A stretch of 64,000 nucleotides of DNA from Paraspadella gotoi (GCA_051294375.1 CM119268.1:7979468-8043467), one strand, 5' to 3'; shown: positions 27,191 through 48,597, counted from the stretch's first letter. Translations and numbers: made by a program. The notes: generated by a model not told the origin, from the sequence alone.

Positions 27191-27713
27191 CTAAAACGGA
27201 TTTCATTCCCTCCTAAATTATTTTTCCCATCACAAAAAAGAAAAATGGAGAGAATGATCTTCCCCATTGGCCTCCGGCGATTCAGAACCGAAATCTCGAT
27301 GTCAAAGAAACAAATGGATTTAGGGATGAAATCTCAACGACTTCGATCTTCCATTTCATCATTTCCGTTTCGACAGTTTTGAGTTCAGAGATGATTGACT
27401 CTCGAGACTGAGATTGTGAGATTGTGAGACTCAGTCTCCGTGACTGTGATTGTCAGACTCGGAGTCTCTGAGACCCTGACTCCGTGGTTCTCTGTGACTC
27501 TTGAGACGAGTAAGACGAAGTCCTCTTTCGGCTCAAGACTCAGAACCAACACAAGATCTATTGTTTTTTTTTTNNNNNNNNNNNNNNNNNNNNNNNNNNN
27601 NNNNNNNNNNNNNNNNNNNNNNNNNNNNNNNNNNNNNNNNNNNNNNNNNNNNNNNNNNNNNNNNNNNNNNNNNNNNNNNNNNNNNNNNNNNNNNNNNNNN
27701 NNNNNTCTCTCTC

Positions 27714-27764
<51 letters not shown>

Positions 27765-29097
27765 TGAGGCCAAGGAGCGCGAAAACTTAGCTTAAATTTC
27801 TTCTTTATTAAGCACCCCAGTCTTTAACCATCTCGACAATTCAGCTCGTATTTTTCTTGTAATTAAATTTCTTTCGTAACAAAACCACCTCTCGTCCTGT
27901 TGGATGGTTTGATAGATAGATAGATCGTGGACAGCGGATAGCTGAAAATTGGATAGCTAAAAATTGGATCGCAGAAAGTGGATAGTGGGTAAACCTCGTC
28001 TCTCGAGAGATCAGCAGACATGTTCTCATCAGTGAAGGCGGGAAGGAGATAAATCCCTGGAGAATCGCGCCGTGAAACGGCGAGAGAGAGAGAGAGAGTC
28101 AAAAACGTCGCCTAACGACGAGGCGACTTTTTACCTTGCAAATCCTTGAAAACTGATTGTCTCGCTTAAAAGGTTCAATGGTCAAGCACAGATTATAAGG
28201 CTAGAGAAAATTAGTTTAGGAATAAAGCAAAAAAGGGTGTGAAGTGAAATGTAAGATAAAGGTTTGTTTGTTAATAAACTCAAAATGAAACGTTTCGAAT
28301 AATGAAAAATATTTTAAAAAGTTGAATAATACTGTTGTTGTGAAACGAGTCTTTTCTTTGCAGAAACGTTTATAAGCTGCGGGAGAAAACTGAGGCGCTG
28401 TGTGTGGCAGCCGTAAAAACTAAAATAGAAGAAATTTAGACAAACGAGATGGGCCTTTTGTTTTTGCGTTTTATTTTAAAGCGGTTGTTGTCGTTATTGT
28501 TTAAAAGTGTTACATCAAGGTTAATAAGAAACAAAGTATAATTTTAAAAAAATGTTTTAAATCTTGCAGTGAATAATTATTATTTTACACGTATTTAAAA
28601 AAAAAAGTGAAAAAAATATGTTACGACACTGCATTATTTTTAAATTAAAAATTGACAGTTCATCAATAAAAATTGAATAAATTTTTTTTAAAAGAAATGA
28701 AAATAAAAAAAAAATTAAAATATCATAAATTATACAACAATCTCCTTAAGTGGTTTTTGTCACTCGAGAAAACGGAATTTGAGTTTTCTCGTGTCTCCCT
28801 TTTCAATTTTTTTTTGTCTCCGACTAAAACGACTTTGGCGCCCAGAACCGAAATTGAATCAAAATGGCGGCGCACACTATGTATATATTTTTGGGGAAAA
28901 AGCGGATATAGATTTGTATATCACATCGAGGGATTTGATTTTTATTCAATTATGTAAAAAGAAAAGTTAGTTACCAACAACTTGATGTTCATCGTTGGAA
29001 ACTTCCACGTATCTTATTTTTTTTAACGAGCTTAATTTATCATATTTTTGGGGTTTTTAAGGACAATATCGATATCTAAAAAAAATATTTTTTTAAA

Positions 29098-29457
<360 letters not shown>

Positions 29458-30103
29458 ACGACGTGCTTTACAATGTTTAGTGTTTACGTTGGGAAAAAAA
29501 AGGAACCAGACAAACCTTTTAAAATATAAAGAAAAATAATAAACAAGGAATTTAAAAACATTAGTAAAAAATTTCCCAAGTCTTTCATCTCAAAACTGCA
29601 TCACAAAAAGGAGAAAGAGAAAATTATAAAAAAAAGAAGAGGAAAATAGTTTTGAGTTTTGTTTTTTTTCCTTAAGAGTCAAATTGTCCAAAGATGAAGA
29701 CACTTAAAATATTTTCATCCGAGCCCTCTTCGTCACTCCGGCCCAAGATATCCCACCCTCGAATGGAATACGATAACTTTCGTGGGAGCTTTTATCCAGA
29801 TTTCCCATTTTCACTTTTTCAATATTTATATAGAATTCAAATGTTCATTTGTCTTAGTCGGTAAAGATAAGAGCGAAAGTCAGAGTTTTGAAGTGGGAGA
29901 AAGAATTAAAAGTTTATTTCTACAACTCGGTAGTTCGTATTAAATAGTCAAGGCGAGCTCAAAAGATATTTTCCTATTCTCCCCTTACGACAAAAGCGGA
30001 GAATTATAAATTTCTGAAACATTTATTGTTTCGAGCGATTAAACGCTCTCCTCGACTCACAATATCCGAGTTTCAAGTTGCGTCACATTTAATCCTTGTT
30101 GTA

Positions 30104-32563
30104 TTTTTTTTTTTTTGGTACATATCCCAGAAAATTAGGTATAGGAATTGAAAACTAAAAGGAGGAGAAAAAAATAATGCTAGGAGATAATAAAACGTGT
30201 GAGAGAAGTAGGTGAAAAAGGGAAGGCTAAGTTGATAATGAAATATTTAAAAAAAAGGAAGAGGAAATAATTGAAAAAAATTGGTGAGAATACCGGGAGA
30301 AAGTGACGGAGGGTGGAGGATGAAAATGGGAAATCGAAATATTTGGAATTCGATAATTGAAATCTGAAGATCGAAATAGTAGTCTCTTCTTAAATTACGG
30401 TAGACGTTGTATGAAACTTATAATGGTATCGAATTACACTTTGATAACAATTGCACTCGATCCAAAATCCAAAAACAAATATCTAAATCTAAATCTTTCG
30501 AGGGTGGATTGAACAAGTATTGTTAAAAAAGATTTGATTTTTAGCTTTTTATAATAATTAGGAATGAGGTAATTCCAATAATTTTAATCTGGTACTTATG
30601 CCTTTCTGTTTATGATCAGTTAAAAAAAAAAATTGACAAGTTTCTGTCTATGACCTAAAAAAAAAAGCAATGGCCTAGTATAAAATTAGGTACCATAATG
30701 TAGTATTTACTCGTTGATTTTCATTTGCAAGTTTTTGTCTATGACTAAAAAAAAATTGCCAATGGCCTGTGTAAATGTTAAAACCTAATGATAATATTTA
30801 CTCATGATTTTCATTGGTATACTTAATACTTTTCCAATTTGCAGTGTCCGCATGATCCTTAATTGTTGAATTTTATTTTTTATTTTTAGTGCCATCAGTG
30901 CAATTAGTCTTGCTCATACTCATTTATTTGTTTGAATGCCATATTGTTTCAAATCGTTTATCTTTTATCGTCTTAACTGTCAATTGTCTCTTTTATTTCA
31001 GAAAAAAAAAATTATCATCATCACATTTCAGAATTATCCGAAAAGTTTAGCCGATTCGATTTCAGGAGAAGGAAGAGGAAGAGGAAGGGAGGACGAAATG
31101 AGGTAAGTTGATTGCGACACCACGAGGAAAAAAAAAAGATGAATCAAATTCAAAATTTATCAGACGGAAAGTCCGAGTGGAAAGGGAATATGAGATATGA
31201 AGTATGAAATGGAGTGAGAGGAGATTAAACTATTTGAAAAAAAAAAGAGGATATGACGAAAGATGAGATGAAGTAAAAGGAAAGGTGAGTTAGAAAGTGT
31301 AAGGTGAAAAAGAAGAGATGTGATAGGAAAATATGAGACAGAAGGATATAATTGGCCAAGAGAGACGATAGAGATAAAGTGTGTCGCCGGAAAACTGCGA
31401 GGTTGGGGATTAACGAGATGCGATGGAGAAAATTAGACTCGACAGGTTGAACGAGATACATGGTGATAATAAAAAAACGCTGCAATTGCAAACCAGTGGT
31501 TTTTTCATTGATTTTTATAAATTATTTGAGCAGAAAATACTAAATCATTTTCATGTTCAAATTTTATATTGATCAGTTAAGATATGCTCTGACAATAAGT
31601 GGAAAAGTTGGCTTTTAAAATAGGGTTTTATTTTGTAACTCACTAAGAAAAAAAATTAAGATAGCCAATCACAATTTTGATAAAAATCTTATAATAAAAA
31701 GCCTTCCAGTTATTGATTTTTAGAAAGATGTTTCGTTTTTGATGAATTAAAGCTAGGCCGTTAAATTTTATATCTATAGTATTTTATAAGTACATCATTA
31801 TCTTCAGATTTGCAAGGGCTTTCAGAATGAATAATATTAATATATTTTATTTTAAAATGTCTTCATATAATTTATTGAAATAAGAAAAAAAAATCGAATC
31901 TAAAACAATGAGTTTAAAAATCATAGACGTTTAAAACATATCTTCTTAGCTATCATAGCTGAGGCATATCAAAGTCTACTCATATAAAACTTGCATACAT
32001 AAAAGTTTTCGATATTCACTTTAATTTTCAAATTTAACATTGAAAAAATCTTTATTGGTTTGCAAATGACAGCTTTTTTTAGCGGCGGCGGTTTTAGAAT
32101 TGTCACCATTGTAAGATTAAATTTGGGTAATTTGAGAAAATTTCATAAAGTTTCGCGTGCTCTTGACGTTTTTACATCTTATCAGGAGAGAAATAATGCG
32201 CCACGTAAAATTTAAAATAAAAAAATAAACTTTCAAAGGTTTTATACGTAGACGAACGAAAATTGTTTTTTCTTTTTCTTATTTAATTCCCGATCTTCTT
32301 TCCTTGGAGACGCTTGGATAAAATTTTGTTTGTACTGCCTTTCATGAACACACAATTTTATAACGAGTCGAAGAATAAATCTAATCAAACTAACGAAGGA
32401 GTTTTTATCGCTGCGAAGTTATCATCAAGGCTTCAAGCGTCATTCTGTTAAGAAATTACGGGTTTTCTCCCGAGATTTTCCTCCGGTTTTTCGCTTAAAA
32501 GATAGTCATCGTTAAATATTGAAAGTGAGATTAATTATGACAAAAATTATGAAATAGTTTTAC

Positions 32564-32599
<36 letters not shown>

Positions 32600-35500
32600 G
32601 AGAGAAGAGAGAGAGGAGAGAGAGAGAGAGAGAGAAGAGAGAGGAGGAGACGAGAGAGATGGAGAGAGAGAGAAAGAGAGAGAGAGAGAAGAGAAGAGGA
32701 GAGAGAGAGAGCCAGAGGAGAGAGAGAGACCGTGTTTGTCGGCTTTTGTCGAGGGCGATTTCTGGTTTTACATTCCAGTCTGCAATGCATCGACTGATTA
32801 AAATTAGCTTTCTGAATGAGAATATGAAACAGCCCCCCCAGCCCCTCCTTCCACCGCATAGACAAGAGAAGACGCGTCAAAGCAAATTTATCATTTCCGT
32901 TGTCCGAAAAAAAAAGCCACTTCCCACCTAGTACTCCAAGTCTTACATCCAAGCAATTTTCGAGAAACCCTTACTAAAAAAAAAAAAGAAATAAATACAA
33001 AGAAAAAAGAAAAAAAAAAAAGCCAAAACATCAATCTGAAGCAAAGGATTGTTCTCTGTTTCTTGATATCGAAAAAGCATCTTCTATTCCCTTTTGTTTT
33101 TAAAAGCTTCCATTATCTTTTATCGGTCTCCGACTTTCTCCGCTTCCATTAGCCTTTTTTTTGCGGCGTGTTTTAGTTTTTTGTTTGTTTTTTTTGCTAT
33201 GAAATTGGTACAACAATATAAAAAATTATCCAATCATTGTAATAAATAAGCTATCTTGCCCTGACTTTGGACAGGCTTTTGGTGGTTTAGGCCTCTTTGA
33301 TATTTTTTGCCAAACTTTCATCCTTCCGTTTTCAAAAGTTTAGTTTTCTTGATTACTATTTCGAAAATGCTATAAAAACCACATCAATAGAAAATTTTCA
33401 CCAAAACAGCCCAGAATGAAACACCGAGACCGTCCGATTTGTCTTGTCCTTATCGGTCAACGAACTTTTTCATTCTTCTTTTATATTCAAAACGTCCCGC
33501 CTTTCTCTCTCTTTTCTTTTTCTTCTTTCTTCTTTCTTTTCTTTCTTTTCTTTTCTTTCTTTCCTTTCTTTTCTTTTCTTTTCTCTTCTTTTCTCGACGA
33601 TTTTCTTTTTTCTACTTTCACTTTTACTCCGATCATTTGTTTCTATATTTTTTAAGTGTTTACTTAACTTTTATAATCAACAGAAAAGTAAACATAGTAT
33701 GGAGAATTTGTACTTCTTGATCCGGTCAACTAAATTTACAAGTAAATTTATGTCCTAATTTGAATATATAAGCAGAGGTGTCAAACTTGGTTTCTTATCG
33801 AATCATCTTAGCGCAGAGCTTTTTTTTCCAAGTTTTAGTTTAATCAGGATATCGAGAGAAAACATGACAAACCGACAAACAGCAGAAAGCCAGAAAGACA
33901 GCAGTCAGAAATACGTGTGACTGCAGACAGATTTAAAAGTCTGAGTGAAGGTATCAAGCAAGAGACAATTGACAAAGTCAAGTCGACAGGCAAAGGATCG
34001 TTGAAAAAAAAAAAAAACCAATTTTCAATTTTCAACCGACTTTTCCTTCTAATTGATGTCGAGTCACCGAGAGGAGAAAATCGGATTTCGTGGGGATAAA
34101 TAATAACAACAACGACAAAAAAAACAGTGGGAGAAATCGCTTCACCAACCGTTTCCATCGATAGTTAACTTAGGCCAAACGGTGGGAATAGAGAGAAGAT
34201 GACATGAGAGAAGGGGAGTGAACAAATGAGATTATGTTTTAAAAATTACGAAAGAAGAGGAAGAAGATAAAAGAGGAGTAAAGGGGAGAGGAGAGAGAGA
34301 GAGATGAAAAGTCAAAGTCATCGATCTCAGTCAAGTCACTTATTCCATTCCTCCTGAATAAAGTTTTTTATTTTCTTCGTTTTCTCATCGACAATATTTT
34401 TTTATACTTCCTTTCTCTCAGATCTGGTAGTAGCTGTTCAGATGACGACGACGCGACGATGACAGGACGAGACGACGACGACGATGAAAACGATCGACGC
34501 GAACCGACGACGAAGATCCCCGTTTTAAGAGAATCGCTTGAGGAAAAAATTATTGGATTTCGACAGAACCTCTTTTTACGGGCCGATGAAAGTAAAAAAT
34601 ACGACGGAAAGACCTTGGATTTTACTCGCTCGGTGACTTACCAACAGCAATTTAACATTCGGAAAATACACAATCTGAGAGAAAAAACACGAGAATAAAG
34701 TTGACGACTTTTGTTAAAAATACGGGGGGGAAAGAGCCTCGACGGCTGCAGATGTTATTTTAACGGGCGTTCGTATGTTTTCCCGTTGCTTAAGGAGATA
34801 TAAATAGGATATAAAGGATATATTAAACTCTCGGCACCAATGATCCCTTAAATTGATTATCAACTCATATCTCTCAATATTGGAAATAGGGAAAAGAAAT
34901 ATTGGCTCCAGAGAGTCCGCCTGCAGATTATCTCTTTTTCGTTTCAGCTCGCCTCATAAATAAATCAGTCGCCCTCTCGAGAATCTACGTCGGTGGCTCA
35001 TAACCGACAATCGATACGAATGAATACACGAGGATTCTAGGGTGACGCTTTTAAGAAGACTGTGCGCCGAGTCGTTTCAAAATATCAAAAGTCTCTTTCC
35101 TGACAAGATGTATATATAGCTACGAAATATAATTTTATTATCTATTTTATCGTCCAGACTATTAAGAAACTTTCCAATCCCACAGCCGTCGAAGCGACTT
35201 TTTCCCCCCCCACACCTACCCCGTCTTTTCTCGACGAGAGGGGAAAAAAACCCATTTGATGGCCGAGGGTGTCAAAAGTAATAAATATTTCGGATTTGAT
35301 TAGACTCATTACTTTTTAGCAGTTTCGTGAAGGATCGTGGCCCGCTGATGGTCACGAATGGTCAATTGGGTAAATTAGAACGGGAAAGAAGATGACAGAG
35401 GGGCTAAGCAATTTTTTTTTTCATTTTTAATTGGTAGCAGTATTTTTAGTATATAAATCCCGTTTATTAAGAAACACGGTGTCAGGAATGGAATCGTTGA

Positions 35501-36877
35501 AAATCGTGAACCGCTTTCAGTGTGAATAGTTCAAAGTATTCAATTCATAAATATTCATAGTGAACGCCATCCGCGTTTTCCGTGATTGCGCGGAACTCAT
35601 TGTGAACTCTCGATCCAGCGAGGTTTTCTTTTAACTTTAAATAGTTTTTTTCTTTTTTTAACCTCTATAATTAATAGTTTTTTTCTTTTTTTAACTTCTA
35701 TAAAATGAGCGAAATACCAATGTAGAACGGAAAAAACGTTTTCTCTCAATGACGTTTTTTTGTATACTTATTTACAGCTAAGTTGAAAGTGGGATCTTTT
35801 TTTTTGTTTTGTTTTTGTTTTTTGCTTACGTAATGTCGGATTTTCCAGCTCGTAAATATTCCATTGCGGATATTCCTTTGCGTAACTTGTATTTAGGGTC
35901 AGAACTGAACGACCGCTACAGCACTCGAACTATTTTTTTCACGCAATTTGCTTTTACAACTTCGCGTGATAATTCTTTTTTTTGGGGGGGAGTGCTGGGT
36001 TGTTAGGCGTTTTTAGTTTTCAGATATGCCTTCTGTTGTTTGTTATACACCTCTTTTTTTTAGTTTTCACAGATAAATTGTTCGACGGAACGGTTTTTGT
36101 TTTTACCAATTTTTTTTTGTTTGAATTTTTTAAAAAATTTTTTTTCTCTCACGTCGATTGACGTAAATTTTCTCGAAGCTAGAAATTCGCTTAGCGGCTT
36201 CCTCGCTTTCAAAACTTGATATTCCGAGACTGGCAGGATTCCAGACGTGCGAGGCGTCGTCCGATCGAGACGCCGCGTCGCCATTGGCAACGGAATGGGC
36301 TCGGGTGAAACCTAATCGTTGCCTTAGAAGAAGGAGGGAAACTTTTTCGAGACGTGGAAGAGCATAGAGAAGCCTTTGTCCGTCGACTTTTCAACGCCTT
36401 GTAACGCTTGTCATAAATGCGTTTGACATCGATGCGTTGTCTCTACATTGTCGACGTTATTACATGACAGACTCGAGAATCCGAGCATGGTTTTTTGATG
36501 GCGCCTACGTTCAACTTAGTAACTCAGAAAATGTTGGATCCTTTACTTTTATTTCTGATGGATTAAAGGCCGGTGGACTATTTAGTATGTGTAACAGTGA
36601 AGTATTACAATATGTGAGATTTTAATAAGCTCATAAATAATAAATCATATTGAAAGATGATTGTTAAACAATTATTTTATTTATAATTTTTTAATAGTTA
36701 ATCGGTACGTTCCAAAATTATATCAGTTTTTTATTAAAATAAACATAAGGACAAATAAACTTAAAAATAACTACACCTCGCGTACCAACGAAAAACTTGC
36801 CTAATCTCCTGGTGACATTAAAATCATAAGTGCGCCACCTAATTATGTAAAGTGTCTATTTATAAAACACTAGACGC
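30104..36877 (+). repeat. Copy 1 of a ~7-kb direct tandem duplication
   Basis: Colinear with 36902-44073. Both copies begin T-run+GGTACATATCCCAGAAAATTAGG and end ...GTGTCTATTT..AAA.CACTA.ACGC. A 24-N gap separates them. Confidence 0.95.
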
Positions 36878-36901
36878 NNNNNNNNNNNNNNNNNNNNNNN
36901 N

Positions 36902-44073
<7,172 letters not shown>

Positions 44074-45382
44074 TAACCTTGACGTTTGCCGACGAGCCCC
44101 GTTTTTAAAAAGTTCCCCGAGGTAATGGACAATTCCTTTTTATTTTCCATCGCTTTTTTGTTTTCGTTGTTATTCCGAGATGTGAGAAAAACTACACGAA
44201 CCGCTCCTCTGTACGAGCCTCTCCTACTGAGAGAGTAAAGCTTCTTCCTGTCACGTCAAAACGTTGGCGCGATTTTTATGTCTTTCTTTGTTTATTTTTG
44301 TATTGTTCGAAAGGGTCAGGCTACATCTGCTCCCGTTGGCAGACCCCGCTGCGTGTAAAGGCTGTAAACAAGCGAGACTTTGAGATCGATTTTGAGCTTT
44401 TACCCAACGAAACCACATATTTGGGATAGTGAAAAACGCAATTTAAATTTTCTCGTGGCATAGTGTGACTTTGACTTTGACTCCCGACTATGCAGTATGC
44501 AACTTCTCGCCTCCGCCTTGTTCCTCTTCCCCATTTTATGCGACGCTTTTTTCTCTTTCAAGATCGTGCTAATCTGATTACCAAACTTTTTTTCTTCTTC
44601 TTTCGCCCGAAAAAAAAAAAGCCGATGGCGACACTCGTCTTTCTTCAACGCCCCCTCACCCTTTTAACTTACCGTGGACAAATTTTTTTAAACTCAATTT
44701 TTTTGTTAGTCAAACTGACGAGGAGAAATTGTCAATACAATAAACATTAAATTAAAAAAATCGTTGAAAACTTTTAAATTCGATTTTTGCGCTCAGTCGA
44801 TTTCTGACTTTGCTGCTGTGACTATATCGTCGCGTTTTTCCCTTTTGCATGATTTACGCGCTTTTACAGCACCCTACTGCCGTCTTACTTCCCCCGACTC
44901 TCCCCAAACTTCCCAATTTCCCCCTACTTCACCCCCTAACTCCCCACCTCGTCTCATCCGCGTCATCGATTCCACTCACTCTCATCTGACTTTTTCCGCC
45001 TTCCGTTTTCTCCCGCCAAGGAAAAAAAAAAACATCTTTTCCATGTTTCCATGTTTCCATGTTTCCAATGGAGGCTTTTAACACATCCCTGTCGCCACGC
45101 CCACATCGGTGTCTCCTCACTTTGTACTTCGATACTGAGAGATGGAGATATTTCCGTAGCGCATTTTCCGATGCTGCGTGAGAAGCGTCACTGCTTCACG
45201 ATTAAGTTTGATTTGATACGCCCAATATAATAATCATTTAAAAAAGTTAAATTTAGCGAAAATAAATTAGCTATCTTGCCCCTGACTTTCGGGTTGACGT
45301 TAAGGTCTCCTAGCCTCCGTCAATCTTGCAAAAAAAAACCAAAAAACATAGCACTACTCTCTCACAGAGGACCTGGTTTCTC

Positions 45383-45434
45383 CAGCCCTAGCCTAGCCCT
45401 AGCCCTTGCCCTAGCCCTAGCCCTTGCCCTACCC
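45383..45434. repeat. (GCCCTA/GCCCTT)n hexamer tract, a telomere-like variant (CTAGGG on the minus strand)
   Basis: About 8 units read directly. Confidence 0.8.
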
Positions 45435-47628
45435 TTCATTCACTTTAGAAGGCTATGCCTACGGAGTAATATATCTATTTCAATTGTTTAAATAAATAAA
45501 ATAATGAATAAAATAAATAAATAGATGTGTTTTTTTTTCAGCGATTTTTCTTTTTCAGTTGTTCCCAAATTTCCATTCACTTCCATTTCTTTTCCCTTTT
45601 GTTTCGAAAACCCGTAGCGACGTCGACAACGAAATTCTCCGATTTCCCGCCAGTCTCTTCTCGCGCCACAGTTTTTTCCGACATCGATATATTTATTTTC
45701 CCATAAAAAATAACACAAAAAAAACAAACAGAAAAATAAAGGAAAGAAAAAAACAGCGGGGTATATTTACAGGGTTTCCCCTTTCTCTTCAAATCTCAAA
45801 TTTTTTGTTTATCAATTTATTTATTCTTGTGAAGATTCGGTTGTTTAAAAAACATGAGAAAGAAACGTTCTTGGAACATTTGACGGAGTTTCCTTGTTAT
45901 TATGTTTATTATACATATTGAGTATATTCTTTTAACTATTATAATACTAAAGTGGGGTCTGAATAGAGATACAGACAAATACTAGGACTGCTTTATTTTA
46001 AAATATTATTGATTTTTTTTCTCCTTTTCATATTCGAATTTAAGAAAAAAAATCCGATAATTGTGACTATTTTGACGCAAATTCGGAAAATATTGGAAAA
46101 ATTTAAAACGAACACATGGCACGGCGTTTAAAAAAAGTACTGAAGTTAAATTGTATAACTAAGTTTTTTACGCCAAAGTGTATTAATTTCATCATTTTGA
46201 TTTTCCACCCGATTCGACAAAATTCGACATCTCTAATTTTCACTGCCTGAACACGAAATCGCATCTGACACGCAACGCGCAACTTTTCAACTCTCTTTTC
46301 CCTTAAGGCCCAGGGATCACTCAATCTAAAATTGTTAGAATCTTAATTTACCTGTATCTTAATCATTTTCTCACATCTTGTAAAAGTTTTCTATTAAATA
46401 ATCGAAACTTTTAAAAACTACCTAAAATGTTCATAAAATTTAACAAATTTTTCTTCGGTAAAACTGATTTCAGAGGAAAAATTATTCTTTAAATGTAAGC
46501 TAAATTTCTACAACAAATTTTTAAACTTAAACTGATTTTACAGAAGCTCAATTTCGACTTCTTATATTTATTCTTCTTTTGTACAAGTACATATTTGGAT
46601 TGTATCATAGTCTAAAATAAACTACTCTCACATTTCCAGACAGATTTTTATGATTTTATGAGTTTCATGAGTTAAAAACTTATCGAATTTATTTTCAATT
46701 GACTTTTTACTTTATGTAATTTATATCATAAAATGTTGCCTATTTTTGGAGGAATCTCTGAAAAAAAAATCAAATCTGAATCAAAAAAATTTAAACAGTA
46801 AGCCATTTTTTTAAAAATCGACGTTGACAAAACTTCCTATCAATCACATCCCGTAGTTGTGTATGTTGTGTGTGAATCTTGCAAAAGTAGTGAATACAGA
46901 ATTTAACTTTCTTGACGAGTGAAGTTAAAAACGAAGAGCTTGCAGCTCAAACCGTTGACTCTTCTTGAAAAAAATTTTGGGCAAGAAAGGAAGGCTGGGG
47001 AGATCTATGAGCCGGTTTGGAAAAATGTTTTCGTTGTTAAAGATATTAACGAATTAATTCCCAAAAATCGAATAAAATAATCAAATTTTCTATGAAGGAA
47101 GGCAATTTTGAAGTATCTTTCATAGAATTGGAGCTGGGTGACTTAGGTAATTCATCCAATATTTTATGAGAAACCGCGTTACCGTTTGGGCTGCAACTCT
47201 TTCAAATAGGTTTCTTTATTTTATATAGTACAAAAAAAATCGAAAAAACGATGACGCCTTTGAAAATATAGTAAAGTGAATACATTTTCGGAATCGTCAG
47301 GAGAGCTTTTCGTTCGAGACTGCTGGTGTTTACCCTATCTATTTGATGACGTGATCCCGGACCTTAATAAACTTGATTCTCGTGCCAAGAAGAGAGTTTA
47401 AAATAAAAAGGTAATAAAGAAGAAATATTAAATAAAATTTGAACGACTGCACCTCGGAAAATGAATTTCATTTTCGTAGGATGAATTCGCTCTCAAATGG
47501 ACCGGAAATCGAGAGAAATATTGGAACGAACGGCGACTAGAATGACGACGACAATGACGACGACGACGAATAAAACTACGAAAGGCAAAAACAAAAAAGA
47601 TGATTATAACAGACGAAAACAACAGCGT

Positions 47629-47851
47629 ATGGCAAAATCTAGGTTGCCTGTAATGCCCATTGGGATGGGGCATCTCACTGTTGGCTCTGGGGGCTTCCGA
47701 CCCTCGGTGACGCCTCCAGTCACTGGTGCGGTCTCGCTTTGCCAACGCAGATGGAAGTCGTTAATACTGTGCATGGAACACAACGCCAGGGATGGTGTGT
47801 TCCCCCTTCTGAGCCGTTGACGTGAGGTGGAGTGAATATACCACCACAAGT
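47629..47851 (+). ncRNA. Unassigned structured GC-rich island, candidate non-coding RNA
   Basis: Almost the whole island folds into helices by eye (see findings). G-U pairs and a GGGA tetraloop favour the + strand. Family not recognised. Confidence 0.3.
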
Positions 47852-48564
47852 GAAAAATAAAACGTCAACAACGAAGCAAACATCGACGACGACAAAATCA
47901 ACGGCTGCAGCAAACAGCCGCAGCAAAGAGCAGCAACTTGAGACGCAAAACCGTCAAACGACGTCAACTTCGATGATCGGTCACTAAACGGAATGTCCTC
48001 TGGGTGGCTTTCTCGTTTCGTAGCCCAAATAGAGATAGATTAGGTTTAAACGATATCGATTTTCTTAATCTCACCGGTTATTTCTTGACGACCTGAAAGA
48101 AAAAGGGGGCAAGGGACGAAAAAGAAAAAAAAAAACAGACCAGCCTTGGAATAGGCTCGCGTTACCATACGCCATCTATATAACGACTGACATTACCAGA
48201 CTTAATAGTCAAAAAAAAAGATATCGGTCTCTCTTTAAGATTATTCCCCGCGCCACACTTTAGCGACATCTATGTCCTCCCATTTCTCGTTCAGAGAAAA
48301 GAGAAGAGACATCTAGTGGCGAGGGAGGAGTGAAAAGTCACCTCCATATCTCATCGAGAAAGACAACCGCGTCTCGAATCTCGCCCCCCCTTCCCCCCCC
48401 CCGGGCGGAAAAGACAACAAGTCCCTTCACCTCTGACTCGAGACTATGAGGCTCTTGACGTTTTGCCAATAAGTGGATATTTTTCTGCTTCACTTGAAAG
48501 AGAGAAAAAGGGAAATTCCGCGGAACAAAAGTCACGAGGATGATGACCGCGACGGAGAGACTCG

Positions 48565-48597
<33 letters not shown>

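Noticed and set aside
44313-44375. HDV-like ribozyme (GGGTC...TCTGC-loop-GCAGACCCC)
   Set aside because: A hairpin is present, but there is no GG for P1.1, P1 is too short and there is no convincing P2/J4-2.
47631-48045. RNase P/MRP RNA (GCAAAATCTAG as CR-I pairing with TAGATTA near 48039) or telomerase RNA
   Set aside because: No P1-P3 domain upstream and low-complexity sequence in between. There is no adequate telomeric template or pseudoknot (only a 6-nt AACCTA at the 3' end of the minus strand).
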